Below, one piece after another: positions 8,381 through 20,040 of a stretch of 20,040 nucleotides of DNA. The stretch comes from Ginkgo biloba (Eukaryota; Plantae; Ginkgophyta), in the NCBI GenBank assembly GCA_024626585.2, contig JANKJI020000004.1, positions 170,716,374 to 170,736,413 on the forward strand, given 5' to 3'. The notes under the pieces were generated by a model that saw only the letters and a program-made list of their open reading frames with translations, was not told where the DNA came from and ran no database searches. How positions within the stretch are numbered: the first letter of the stretch is position 1; each line of letters opens with the position of its first letter. The translations under genes and the position numbers were made by a program.

Positions 8381-11300
8381 TTGGAAAGTCTGATGATGGA
8401 AACTGTTCTTGCTCTCTTTGACCTGTTGTATGAGTTTTCACTACATCCCTTCTGTTCAATCATTCATTTGAAACTTCTACAAAAGACTACTGCTGATGGG
8501 CACTTCCTTACTTTAACAGGTTAAAATATATCACTCCATACATGACAAAAGAAGATTGTTAAATACTAAGTTGCACGGTAATTGGATTAAACTATGGGGC
8601 TTAGAAAACTAGTCAACAAGAACTGGGGTTTATGGAGTTGCTTGTTCAAGGAATAAACATTCTCACTTCTAACTTCATTACAATTCCTTCTCCGATTTCN
8701 NNNNNNNNNNNNNNNNNNNNNNNNNNNNNNNNNNNNNNNNNNNNNNNNNNNNNNNNNNNNNNNNNNNNNNNNNNNNNNNNNNNNNNNNNNNNNNNNNNNA
8801 AGGTGACTCATCTTTTGGGCATTCTTGAAGACAAGCTCTGGCGCTCTTCATCCTTTGAGCATTCTTGGCATTCTCTACCTCATCTCCAACCTCCATAGTT
8901 GAAAATCCATCCTTGCACCGGAGAATTAGAGAAACCACATCCATGATTAGAGCACATCATCTTATTTGCTTAATTTACGGTTTGCATGCGATTTAGTGTA
9001 GAAGTTTTGATGTGTTCATGATTTCGTTTGTTCTCTAAATCTATGCTTACATTTTGGCATGCCCGGTGGGATTACTGTTACTTCCATTGTATATTTAGTT
9101 TATGTTCTCTTTGAACATCACTGTTGTTAATTCTGCATTATTGAGTTTATTTTCATATTCATTTGGCATTTATATAGAAGCATCCGAGTGTTTTATGCAG
9201 GGAATCAAATCTCCTCAACCTTGTTCCTCGTTCCTTCTTGGAATGATTTTCAACATTTAAGTATTTTGGCATTCACCATTAAAAGTTCTGCGTCTGACTT
9301 TTTTGTGGATGAGCGGTTGGTGGTCTGTGTTATGTTCACAGATCTGTGTCTAAGTTTTCATTTGCATCCCACGTTTCCAACGTCCTCAACGTCCCTCGCG
9401 CTCTGCCTTATAACCGTTCTCTAGTTCTTGCATTGTGTACATATTGTTTTGTGTGTTGTGTGCTAAGCATTGTTCACATTATCTCTCTCACTAGGTGAAT
9501 TTCTACTTCCCCTTTGTAGTTTCTTCCTAGTTCATGTCAGTTCCTCCTCCCTGAGCATGTGCAAACCCTCAATAGAGATTTTATCACCTATCATCTCTCC
9601 TCAATGGACGTTTGTCCTTCCTTTTTCTTCCAGATGTGGTTGGATCTCCTGGATCTTCTCACTGCAACGATGACCAACAACAATTATACTCTCTCATCTC
9701 CCTTGCAAATTGACATTTTGACTTTGATATTTGAATTGTCTCAGTGCCCAAAGAACTCATTCAGGGTTTTCACCCATTTTTTGATTTCCGATCTGAGATG
9801 CAAATAACCGCATCGTTATCCGTATAACATCACGATTCCCATGCACAAAAAAAATTCAGAGCGTTTACTGTTAGAGGAAAACGCTAGTGGTCAACCGAAT
9901 GATGCCAGTTTGCATAAATATTGCATAAAAATCGCTCTTAGTTTATTTGAGTTTATTTTCTTTCAATTATCATATTATCAATTTATTGAATTATCATTAT
10001 TTTATGCAGCAAACGTTTTGTGCAAGGCGTATTGTTTTAGGCAATATCATTTAACATTTTCTATGCAGGCCTATCAACGTTTCTGTACAGGTTTTGGCAC
10101 GTTTATATCATTAACTTCTCTGTGCAGGTTATGTGCTTCATTAGCATTTGTATAATTAGATTTTTATTTTATTGCTATCAAATGTCTATATCTTAGCGTT
10201 TAGCCTCTCACTCATTAACGTTTCTACTTATCAATATTAGCGTCTAGTTCATTTTACATTTTTACTACATGGTCTAATATTTTCTGCTAAACATCCATAT
10301 CATTAACATTTTTTATTAACGTTCATATTAGTATTAAGTGTTTATATCATTATCAAGGTTATCAATGGTATCATTAGATTTTCTTTGCATTTCTCTATGA
10401 TATGTTATGCATTTGTAAACACATTTCTCTCATTTTTATTATCACCAACATTACTATTTTATGTTCTTAACATGTTTATGTGATTTTCTGTGCAATGCAA
10501 TGTCTTATGCTTATATTCTCCTAAAGCGTTGAATGCTACATCTAAAAACTAACATTGAACTTCATTCTCAACTTGTTTGTTACATCTAAAAACTAGAAGT
10601 AGATGCAAAAGTAGCAGAGCTTGATCTAGCTCCTAAATTCTTAGTTGATGAACAGTATAACATTTGACATTTATCAGTATCATAGTTCATCATTTGGCAG
10701 TTTGGACCATGGTCAGTTTGATATACATTGCACACAGTTTAGCATTTAGCATTTAGCAATATCATTCTTGTTATGCAATATCATTTTACCATGAAATAAT
10801 CCAATGTTTTTGCTATAAAATATCATCAACACCTCTANNNNNNNNNNNNNNNNNNNNNNNNNNNNNNNNNNNNNNNNNNNNNNNNNNNNNNNNNNNNNNN
10901 NNNNNNNNNNNNNNNNNNNNNNNNNNNNNNNNNNNNNAAAACTGATTACTTTTCTCCAATTTTCAACTGCAAGTTGGGACTTCATGAAAAATAGACAGAA
11001 ATCATGACTTTTGGGATCCAAAAGAGATCAACTTTTGTCAAACGTTCCTTATTTAAACCTAATGAACCTCCGATGCCTGGTCTCCCAACATTTCACATCA
11101 ACGCAATTTATTTTCCATTGTTAATCGACAATATATGAACCTTAGGACGGACTTACATCCCATATCTTCGATGCAAGCAAGACTCCATCCATCTATTCCT
11201 GACGTTTTCATTCCTTTGGATCTATAAATGGATCAATTTCTCTCATGTTTGTGTGGCGATGCCATTCTTCTCTTCCTCCTAGCATGGTATGGCATGCCTT

Positions 11301-11479
11301 CTTTGCTGGAAACTATCATTTTCTTTGCACCTTCTTTTTGTCTCATTTCTTTCCTAGGTTTCTCCTTTAATGTCCTTTTACTTTCTTCAACAATCAACCA
11401 CCCTTCATTTTTGAATTCTTCTTTGAACCTTTCACCTTCTTTGCAACTGTGGAAAGAATTTTTCTTCTCTCATGATCAT

Positions 11480-11798
11480 GCTCTGATACCATGTAGAAAA
11501 TCTCACAATTCTCTCACACACATAGAGTGCATAACATAAATGAATCAATGGAATATGAGGTACTTTTTGAAATATTAATGATTGCTTTCTATTGACTCCT
11601 TCATACATTACAAAAATAATGGTACATATAAATACATGGCATTTGATCAGTTATTCTAGTACCTAACTATGTCAAAATCTTGGAATTACCCACATGTCAT
11701 AAATGATATTACATTAATTAAACCCAAGATAATCTTGAGTCCTATTCTAACCTTAAATCTAACTCTAACTTTGCATTTATATATAAAGTAAATATACA
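11480..11798 (-). mobile_element. 5' LTR (about 307 bp, TGTA...TACA, 11798-11492) plus perfect tRNA-iMet PBS (11491-11480); internal region continues toward the gap ending near 10937
   Basis: Minus strand ...TTTTCTACA is directly followed by TGGTATCAGAGC. The other end, TGTATATT at 11798, coincides with the point where L1 ORF2 homology stops. Confidence 0.75.
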
Positions 11799-13381
11799 TT
11801 TCTCATATCCTCTTCCCTTATCGAAAGAGTTGAGCAACTTGCCCAGATCTTCCCCTACGAAGTCCTAATGCCTTTTGTAAAATTCTATAGGGAGGCTATG
11901 GAGTCCTACGACTTCGTAGGCTATGCTATTATTCACCACTTTAATAGTTCTATAAATCTCCTCCATATTGATGTTCTTAATGGGAGTTTCTCGTGGGGGT
12001 TATTATTTGAGGGAATGCTTCTGGGACCTCCTCTTTTATTAATTGGTTATTATTATTAGGTTCATCATAGAGTTATTTATAGTAATTCTTGGCTATTCTT
12101 GTAATTTCTTTTCTTTGATGATAATTTATCCATTCTCTAGATTGAGTTTTCTAATCTCTGCTCTTCTTTGTTTGTCTTGAAAGAGTTGAAAAAGGATTTT
12201 GAGAGATTATCTTTGCTTTTCAACTAAGAACATCTAAATCTTATTTCTAGTCTTTCTTCTTCCTTATTTGTTAAAACATATGGTTTGTGGTCTTCCTTCT
12301 GTCTTCCCATTGTATACTATTCTATTTTGATTTTTTCAATTGAATTTAAACAAGTCTTGTCTAATGTTTTCTTTTTGTTTTTTTCTCCCAAATTTTCATC
12401 ATAATCTTTATTCTTTTTCTCATACCAATTCTTGTAGTTTGTCCCTAGGACTTCTTGCTATTTCTACCATTCTTCTTTGATAAGGAGGATGAAATGAACA
12501 TCATTCTTCCATCCCATAATAAGTTTATATGGGATGTGCATTGACGCTTTAGTGTGTATCTAGAATAATAAAGGTTTATGATTGGAGGTTTTTCCCAATG
12601 TGATTATTTCATAATTTTATTTCATCATGTCCCCACCCATTAAAAGATAAAACCCCCATCTAATATTGCTTGAATGTTTTGATTGTTGGTCCTTGTATTG
12701 TTTAAGGTATACTTATATCCATTTAAAGAGATCTCTTATAATGTTTTGGTTTGTAAGGATTCGATCATCCAAAGTTTACTCCTCCTTTCTATTCTTCCTT
12801 TTTTCTCATGTGCCAAATGTGGCATTGAAATCTCTTATGGTAACCCATACTTGTATTTTTAATGATTTCATTTCTTTTCCTATACCTACCCACATATCTA
12901 GTAATTTCTTTTTGGTACAAGGAGTATAAATGGAGATATGTTTATACAAGGGATTTTTTTAATTAAATATTTCAAAAATTNNNNNNNNNNNNNNNNNNNN
13001 NNNNNNNNNNNNNNNNNNNNNNNNNNNNNNNNNNNNNNNNNNNNNNNNNNNNNNNNNNNNNNNNNNNNNNNNNNNNNNNNGAAGTTCCTTTTTATCTTCA
13101 AATATCAAATTAATTTGGATATTCTTAGACTTGTAATTAATCATTTCTTCTATAGGTTGGAACCTACATTGCCAAATCCCTCTTAAGAGTCCTTTTGTTG
13201 CTTTATCTATCTTCTATTTCCTTGACCATATATATCCACCATTTCTACTAGCCCCCCATTTTATCGTCCTAGTTTCTTATATTTCCATGGTTGTTGGATT
13301 TTGATTTTTAAATATTCTTCTAATAGTTGATTACTTTTTTCTCATTCTCATTCCCTTTATATTCCAAGATAGAATATTCAT
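11799..13381 (-). pseudogene. Degenerate L1-clade LINE ORF2: APE endonuclease plus linker up to the start of the RT domain
   Basis: Ordered motifs on the minus strand: MNILSWNIKGM (ATG 13381); P..MEI*ET (LQETK); GASRNGGYIW; WVTIRDFNA (GDFN, 12835-12824); GYKYTLNNTR...IQAILD (FTW.N.R...RLDR); SNHKPL (SDH, 12586-12572); PYKLIMGW; *LKSKDNLSKSFF (WLKEGDxNTKFF); MEEIYRTIK; GLHSLPIEFYKRH*DFVGEDL (GPDGFPxEFYKxxW, near 11906-11850). Many stops and frameshifts. Confidence 0.88.
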
Positions 13382-15105
13382 ATTAATTCCTATATTTTGG
13401 TTTGGTATCTTGGGTTGTACTTTTCTTTTCCTAACATTAACCAATGTTGACTACTTTCTTGCTCTCATTAGTTCTTATAATAGAGGTGCTTTTACTTCTC
13501 TTGATAGTGGTCTCCCTATTTTGTGTGATTTTTAAGGGTTGGGAGTAAAATTATGCTCATGGATTCAATGATGTCATAAACATCCAAGCTTGTGTTTCCT
13601 ACGACCATTTTTTTATACTTTCTTATGGTTTTTGTTATGCCTAGTTGTTGTCACTTCTCTCCTCCTGGGGATTTTCTTCGGTGTCTTATGGTATGTCTAT
13701 TGCTAGATCCTCTACTATATCATTTGCGATAATCTCAGATGTGGGTCCTTTAGGTTCTTTTGAATCTATATCTAGGACTTGAAATCATGACCATGTTGCA
13801 AGCCCTTCAATCCCTTCACATTTATTTAGTTTTTGGGTCCAAGTTGATTTTGCCTTCCCTTACTTCTTTATAGGCATCTTATTTATCCAAAATTGTATTG
13901 TTAGCTACTTCTTTCATTATCCCTTTTAACTTTTAGGATTTCCCTCCCTAGAATGAGAAAGGAAATAAAATAAGGTAGGGATGGTTAATAAAAGTTGAAA
14001 AAAAGGGGTGAGGCTTCAAGATGGATAGGGATAATTTGAAATGAGGTAGAATTTTTTAAGTGCAGTGAGGTGGTTAAGACTATGGTATAAAGCGGGGTGT
14101 GTCAACAATGTAAAAGAAAGGGTCACCTTTATTATTATGGTTGTGCATGAGTAGGTTGGGGGGATGGAAAGGCGAGTTGAAAAAATGAAGAAGGGTTTTT
14201 CAAATTAATCCTTGGGAGTGCAAGAGGAGAGGTATCAAGGGATCAGGTTTGACTCCCTTAATGAGAAAGGGGAAATACCTTAATAAGTGATTTAAAAAGA
14301 AGGGGTGGGGATTAAGAATAAATTAAAAGGCTAAGATAATGACAAAGGTGAGGCCCTATATGAGCCAAAGGTTTAAGAAGTAAAAAAGGGGGAGGAAATA
14401 TGGTCAAGCATTTTATTTTTATGGTATGACCAAAAAATAAGGTTTAAAATGGGTGTTGGCTATATATAAGTTTATTTTTTGGTAATCACTCCTTTAATCA
14501 ACAAGGATGAAATAACTTACAATAAATATTTTCTTTGATTGATTAAATTTACTTTAAATAAAAAAAAGTAGGGTCAAATTGATTCCCCTTCTTTTTATTA
14601 TCCCTTCTCATAGGTAGGGACATCAAATTCAATTACTTTAGGTAAACTATCTTAATGGAAACTCACTAATCTCTAAATTATCTCTAATCTTACTCTTAAT
14701 ATTGTGTTAAATGAGGGAAGGGAATCACCACCACATGGATCTTATTTTGTCTTTGCAAATTTCAAAGTGGGCCAGGTGATGTGGTGGGGAAATAAGGGGA
14801 TATAGGATCAATAGATGTGTGAGGGAGGTGGGATGGGTGACACATGGAATGGCCACATAAGATAGGAGGTATAGGCTATATGGAGATAAGAGGAGAGTAA
14901 TGAGGGGATGGGGGATACCAAAGTATAGATTTAATATATTTAAATATAATTGGGAGTGTTCATCTAACTCAATTTTATTGGATACCATAGAATTTCAACA
15001 TAAACATTTTGGGGGGATCACTATAATTGTTTTGGGTTGGATTGGTATTTATTTGGTTTTATATTTTGATCTAATAAAATTATGTGGTTTAAATAGATGG
15101 TTGGG

Positions 15106-15152
15106 CTCTCTCTCTCTCTCACACACACAAACACACACACACACACACACAC
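15106..15152 (+). repeat. Compound microsatellite (CT)7 followed by an interrupted (CA)n
   Basis: ctctctctctctctc acacacacaaacacacacacacacacacacac read directly. Confidence 0.95.
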
Positions 15153-15851
15153 TAGTACATGCCCNNNNNNNNNNNNNNNNNNNNNNNNNNNNNNNNNNNN
15201 NNNNNNNNNNNNNNNNNNNNNNNNNNNNNNNTAAACAGTTGTAGTTAATATTGAGATAATTATAATTAAGAATAGGTATAAATATTCATATGCTTACTTT
15301 TGTGTTAGATTGATATTTAATTTATTATTAGCATTAATAATTATAAATGAGATTAGTGTATAATCTATTATATAGAAGAATTTTTGAACCATTAAAAAAT
15401 GGGTTGATTTTCATTTTGAAAATTCCTATCTTTATGTGTAATTGCATGGATTCTAATCTATGTCTATAATCTATAACTGGATACTAAACAAATGGTGTGA
15501 TCAACCACATAAATTAGAATCAGAATGATATAACAAAATGGGATGGGAACAACATAATAGAACAGAGGAATGCAATNNNNNNNNNNNNNNNNNNNNNNNN
15601 NNNNNNNNNNNNNNNNNNNNNNNNNNNNNNNNNNNNNNNNNNNNNNNNNNNNNNNNNNNNNNNNNNNNNNNNNNNNCTCACCCAAAATATAATAAGTTAG
15701 CCTAAAAATTTTAATTAAAAGAGCTTGGCAAGTTTTACTTTTTTCTAGGATACAACAATATATACATGGGTGGGAATTTTGCATCTTAAATCGTCCCATT
15801 AATTAAACATGTCTAAAACCTAAAAATGATAAGCTAAAGTAGGTTGGTCAA

Positions 15852-16151
15852 GAGGATTCAGAGGGTTATTTTATCCATAGGAAGAGGTAATCCATATTGC
15901 ATTAACTTGTGTTAGGAAAACCATTTAGGAATTTAGGCCAATTTTGGGACACCTTTTAAAAAAAATAATATTTCTTCGTCTAAACTAGTCTATGTTAGAT
16001 CAGGAAGGAGGATTTAGAGGGTCATTTTATCCATAGGAGGACGTAATACATATTGCATTGGATTGTGTTGGAAGAACCCTTTAGGAACTTGGGTCCTTTT
16101 AGGGACACCTTGTACAAAAACCAATAATTCTTTGTCTAAACTAGCCTATGT
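15852..16151 (+). repeat. Diverged tandem duplication, 156-bp period, about two copies
   Basis: gaggatt(c/t)agaggg..attttatccatagga at 15852 and 16008; gtctaaactag(t/c)ctatgt at 15978 and 16134. Shared internal blocks catattgcatt, tttaggaa and gggacacctt. Confidence 0.9.
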
Positions 16152-16577
16152 AGTGTGGTACATTNNNNNNNNNNNNNNNNNNNNNNNNNNNNNNNNNNNN
16201 NNNNNNNNNNNNNNNNNNNNNNNNNNGCTTAGAGGATTTGTGGAAGGTCATGATGCATACTTCATATAAGATTTCCCTTAAGGATTTATTATCTTTAGAG
16301 GGAGTGGGAAGTGATGTACCTCACTTCTCGTTATATCCATTATATCCCTTACTTCTGGTAAATACATACTATTTGTGAGGTTAGTTTTCACTCGCATTGC
16401 ATTTGCATTACAAATTAAATAAAACATAAAATTTTGAAAATAAATAAACACACAAATCAAACTTCTCCCCCATTTAATCCTTTTCTTTTATGAGATCTAA
16501 AACACTATTAGGAGTTCAATCAATATCTTCTATACCCCTCAAGAATCAACATAATAATAAGTCTTGGATTCGTTCTT

Positions 16578-16785
16578 TGTAAAATAGAAAAAAGTAGAAT
16601 AGAGAACACAAGAATGTACATGGAAGAAGCAATGTGATCAACTGAGTAATAATGTCAAACATACAAATATATATATTCAACTCATGAACCTTCATACTAA
16701 CCAACATGACCCTAGATATCTAACCCTTATTTAAACTTGATTAAATAATAACATAATAATATGAATTATATTAACACTCCCCCAT
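16578..16785 (-). mobile_element. Polypurine tract plus probable short 3' LTR (copia-like)
   Basis: Minus strand atGGGGGAG-TGTTAA (LTR start 16776), an internal TATATATA, and a candidate end ...TTTTACA at 16578 (inferred). Confidence 0.5.
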
Positions 16786-17790
16786 AATGCATATTTAGAA
16801 TCACTGTCAAAGTGAGAGGCTGGATCTCTGAATCAAGCAAAAGCACTGGTTTGTGATAGGTACAAGTCAAAGCAAGTATACAAACACACTAAAATTACAA
16901 ATGAGTGAAAAAATGAGAGTAGAGAAGAAATCACATAGATGCCAAAAAACNNNNNNNNNNNNNNNNNNNNNNNNNNNNNNNNNNNNNNNNNNNNNNNNNN
17001 NNNNNNNNNNNNNNNNNNNNNNNNNNNNNNNNNNNNNNNNNNNNNNNNNNGGTTGAAGATTGTTATATTGCTTGTAACTCGTCATAGAGGAAAAAAATTC
17101 TAGCCTTGTAATTCCTCAAGGAAGGAGAAATTTTATTATTACTTGTGAAGTCATACTGCATGATATAAAGATAAAATTATGTGATCTTTAATGGGTGAAG
17201 TGATAAAATCCAATTTATTATTACCACTGAAGAAGATTGATGATGGATTAATAGTGAAAGAAACTGTGAATTTTTTAGAAGTTTAAATGTTTATTATAGA
17301 TCATGATTTGAAGATGGATTTAGTTATTTTAATAATGTTATCCACAAAGGATTAGAGTAGTGTTATTCATGAAGAACAAAGTTTTCCACAAAATGGATGC
17401 ATTATTTCTTATAGGTATGTTAGTTTGATGGCTTGGTGATTAGCCACATTTCAAAGTTGATGCATGGAAGGAAGTGGTTAAGGTTGTCATAGAGTGGTAA
17501 GACCCACAAGTTTGAATAGGTGGTGATAGTTTGCATTAAAAGACAATCCTATTTATGTATTTTATTATATGGTGGTCTACTAAATTATGGGGATAAATAT
17601 AGGTACAAGACCAAGTTAAATAATAGATTCAAGTAGCACAATGAATGATGAATATGCATCCATGATGACATGTAAATATTGAATGTAAAATAAATAAGGC
17701 CTCATAAATAAGTACCTAATTAGCTGTAAGACCCAAAGGGGAAGGAAATACCCATATTGAGTCATTTTTATGACCCATAATTAACATTAT

Positions 17791-18073
17791 GTGGGGATGT
17801 TATAAGGTTAATGTTATTAGTAGTCATGTCTTAAGTCATTAGTTATGATAATTCACTTAAAGTTGTTTATTGTGAATTTTTTCTAGAGATACGAGAATAT
17901 TCTTATCTTAGTTATTGTTAACTTGGTTATTATTAAATACCTCTACTCTCAAGTATAAAGTGATGTCAGTCTCATGGTGTATTATCTTAAAATCATGGAT
18001 TATATCAATGTATCATCATAATGTATCATCTTGTATCATGGCCATGTATCATTGAAGTAATATCTTTCATAAA
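17791..18073 (+). mobile_element. PPT-like tract plus probable 3' LTR running into the gap
   Basis: gtgggga-TGTTATAAGG (TG at 17798), TATAAA near 17955, and repeated TGTATCAT motifs near 18009-18052, as often seen in LTR R/U5 regions. Confidence 0.4.
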
Positions 18074-19020
18074 NNNNNNNNNNNNNNNNNNNNNNNNNNN
18101 NNNNNNNNNNNNNNNNNNNNNNNNNNNNNNNNNNNNNNNNNNNNNNNNNNNNNNNNNNNNNNNNNNNNNNNNNNNNNNNNNNNNNNNNNNNNNNNNNNNN
18201 NNNNNNNNNNNNNNNNNNNNNNNNNNNNNNNNNNNNNNNNNNNNNNNNNNNNNNNNNNNNNNNNNNNNNNNNNNNNNNNNNNNNNNNNNNNNNNNNNNNN
18301 NNNNNNNNNNNNNNNNNNNNNNNNNNNNNNNNNNNNNNNNNNNNNNNNNNNNNNNNNNNNNNNNNNNNNNNNNNNNNNNNNNNNNNNNNNNNNNNNNNNN
18401 NNNNNNNNNNNNNNNNNNNNNNNNNNNNNNNNNNNNNNNNNNNNNNNNNNNNNNNNNNNNNNNNNNNNNNNNNNNNNNNNNNNNNNNNNNNNNNNNNNNN
18501 NNNNNNNNNNNNNNNNNNNNNNNNNNNNNNNNNNNNNNNNNNNNNNNNNNNNNNNNNNNNNNNNNNNNNNNNNNNNNNNNNNNNNNNNNNNNNNNNNNNN
18601 NNNNNNNNNNNNNNNNNNNNNNNNNNNNNNNNNNNNNNNNNNNNNNNNNNNNNNNNNNNNNNNNNNNNNNNNNNNNNNNNNNNNNNNNNNNNNNNNNNNN
18701 NNNNNNNNNNNNNNNNNNNNNNNNNNNNNNNNNNNNNNNNNNNNNNNNNNNNNNNNNNNNNNNNNNNNNNNNNNNNNNNNNNNNNNNNNNNNNNNNNNNN
18801 NNNNNNNNNNNNNNNNNNNNNNNNNNNNNNNNNNNNNNNNNNNNNNNNNNNNNNNNNNNNNNNNNNNNNNNNNNNNNNNNNNNNNNNNNNNNNNNNNNNN
18901 NNNNNNNNNNNNNNNNNNNNNNNNNNNNNNNNNNNNNNNNNNNNNNNNNNNNNNNNNNNNNNNNNNNNNNNNNNNNNNNNNNNNNNNNNNNNNNNNNNNN
19001 NNNNNNNNNNNNNNNNNNNN

Positions 19021-20040
19021 AACAAATGAATATCAAATGGTTCCTAAGATATGCATAGTTATAAAGCAAGAGGTTAAAGAGTTTATCAATGCCAGGTTCA
19101 TAATGCCCATTTATTGTCTTAAGTGGGTATTGAACATTGTGCTAGCCATGAATAAAAATTGATTAGTATGCATCTATATTGACTTTTGGAAGATCAAATA
19201 TGAATTTCCAAAGGATAATTTTCCTTCACCTTTTATTTATCAAANNNNNNNNNNNNNNNNNNNNNNNNNNNNNNNNNNNNNCTTAATGGACAAAGTTTTT
19301 GTATACAATCAAATCCTAATCATCCCTATACATCATCACAAAACCTTATTCATCACCTCGTGGGAGAATGTTTTGTATAAAGTCATGTCATTTAGCATAA
19401 AATTATTGGAGATACTTATTAACGGACCATTACCTTTGTCATCCATGACCTTATCGACAAAATCATTTAACCTTATGTCAATAATTTCATAAGACTATAC
19501 CAAAAATGAGTTTACTATATTATAGATTTTCATCATACTTGAGAGATATATAAAATACTAAATTAGTTTTAATCCTCTCAAATGTGTCTTTTTCATCACC
19601 ATAAGAAAACTACTACGGCACATAATATCTAATCAAGCCATCAAAGTTGATCCCAATAAGGTTAAGGTTGTCCTTAAAATTCCTCCTTCTAAAATCTATA
19701 AATAAATCAACTATTTTGAAAATTTGGGTTAACATAGGAGATTCTTAATCGAATTAACTTTAAACGTAATCCACTAATAAATATCCTCAAGAAGGATACT
19801 CCATTAAGTGGGCACATGAATATCAATAATATTTCAATCATATGAAGCATGCTTTAGTGCTTGCACCTATTCTTATGCCACAATTTTTTAACAAGTCATT
19901 CATTATTTAAACATCAGTCATTAATTGCTCCCTTAGGTGAATGCTTGTACAAAAGGACAATAGTGGAAAAGAAAGGGTTATTTATTTAATCAATCATTAT
20001 CTAATAAATTATTCTCTTATAAATAAATTGTATCTCATCT
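19021..20040 (+). pseudogene. pol: Degenerate Ty3/gypsy pol (reverse transcriptase to RNase H), Tat/Ogre-like
   Basis: IKQEVKEFINARFIMP...KWVLNIV...CIYIDF...PKDNFPSPFIYQ [gap] LMDKVFVYNQILI...HKTLFITSWENVLYKVMSFSIK matches the pattern WVSNIVPV...VDF.DLN.ACPKDNFP.PFIDQ...MDGFSGYNQI...KT.F.TPWG...Y.VMPFGLK. Later IKVDPNKVKVV and ALVLAPILM...MLVQKDNSGKERVIY mark the RT-RNaseH connection. The PKDxFP motif points to non-chromovirus (Tat/Ogre/Athila) elements. Confidence 0.88.

Noticed and set aside
9858-9890. Hairpin AGCGTTT/AAACGCT ending in CTAGTG as a Helitron 3' end or CACTA terminus
   Set aside because: The hairpin overlaps the CTAG instead of lying about 10 nt upstream. No matching second terminus or target-site duplication was found.
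9188-10155. Short hydrophobic ORFs in the ORF track (also 11228-11539, 11868-12059, 12666-12929)
   Set aside because: Low-complexity or antisense readings of transposon-derived sequence with no recognisable protein motif.
13400-14700. Possible L1 ORF1 (zinc-knuckle-like remnant near 13780-13830, minus strand)
   Set aside because: The position fits, but the sequence is too decayed to show a CCHC or RRM/DUF4283 motif.
16455-16480. Second PPT-like tract (minus strand aaatgggggagaag)
   Set aside because: Not followed by a TG LTR start, so insufficient to call an element.

Overview
AT-rich, gap-riddled (many N runs) eukaryotic scaffold, most consistent with a large repeat-rich plant genome; gymnosperm-like is an inference from the retroelement content. 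The only host gene evidence is the last two coding exons (+ strand, 7687-7737 and 7923-8002) of an RLF-like cytochrome b5-domain protein. The ORF track misses them. They are separated by a 185-nt intron with the hallmarks of a U12-type (minor spliceosome) GT-AG intron. The rest is mostly decayed retroelements: a CRM-like Ty3/gypsy 5' LTR-PBS-gag (minus), an L1 LINE ORF2 (minus) interrupted by an LTR element, a Tat/Ogre-like RT-RNaseH (plus), several LTR/PBS/PPT fragments, a 156-bp tandem duplication and a compound microsatellite. No rRNA, tRNA or CRISPR features were seen. Most ORF-track entries are gap artefacts or spurious. All family assignments come from motifs recognised by eye, not from database searches.
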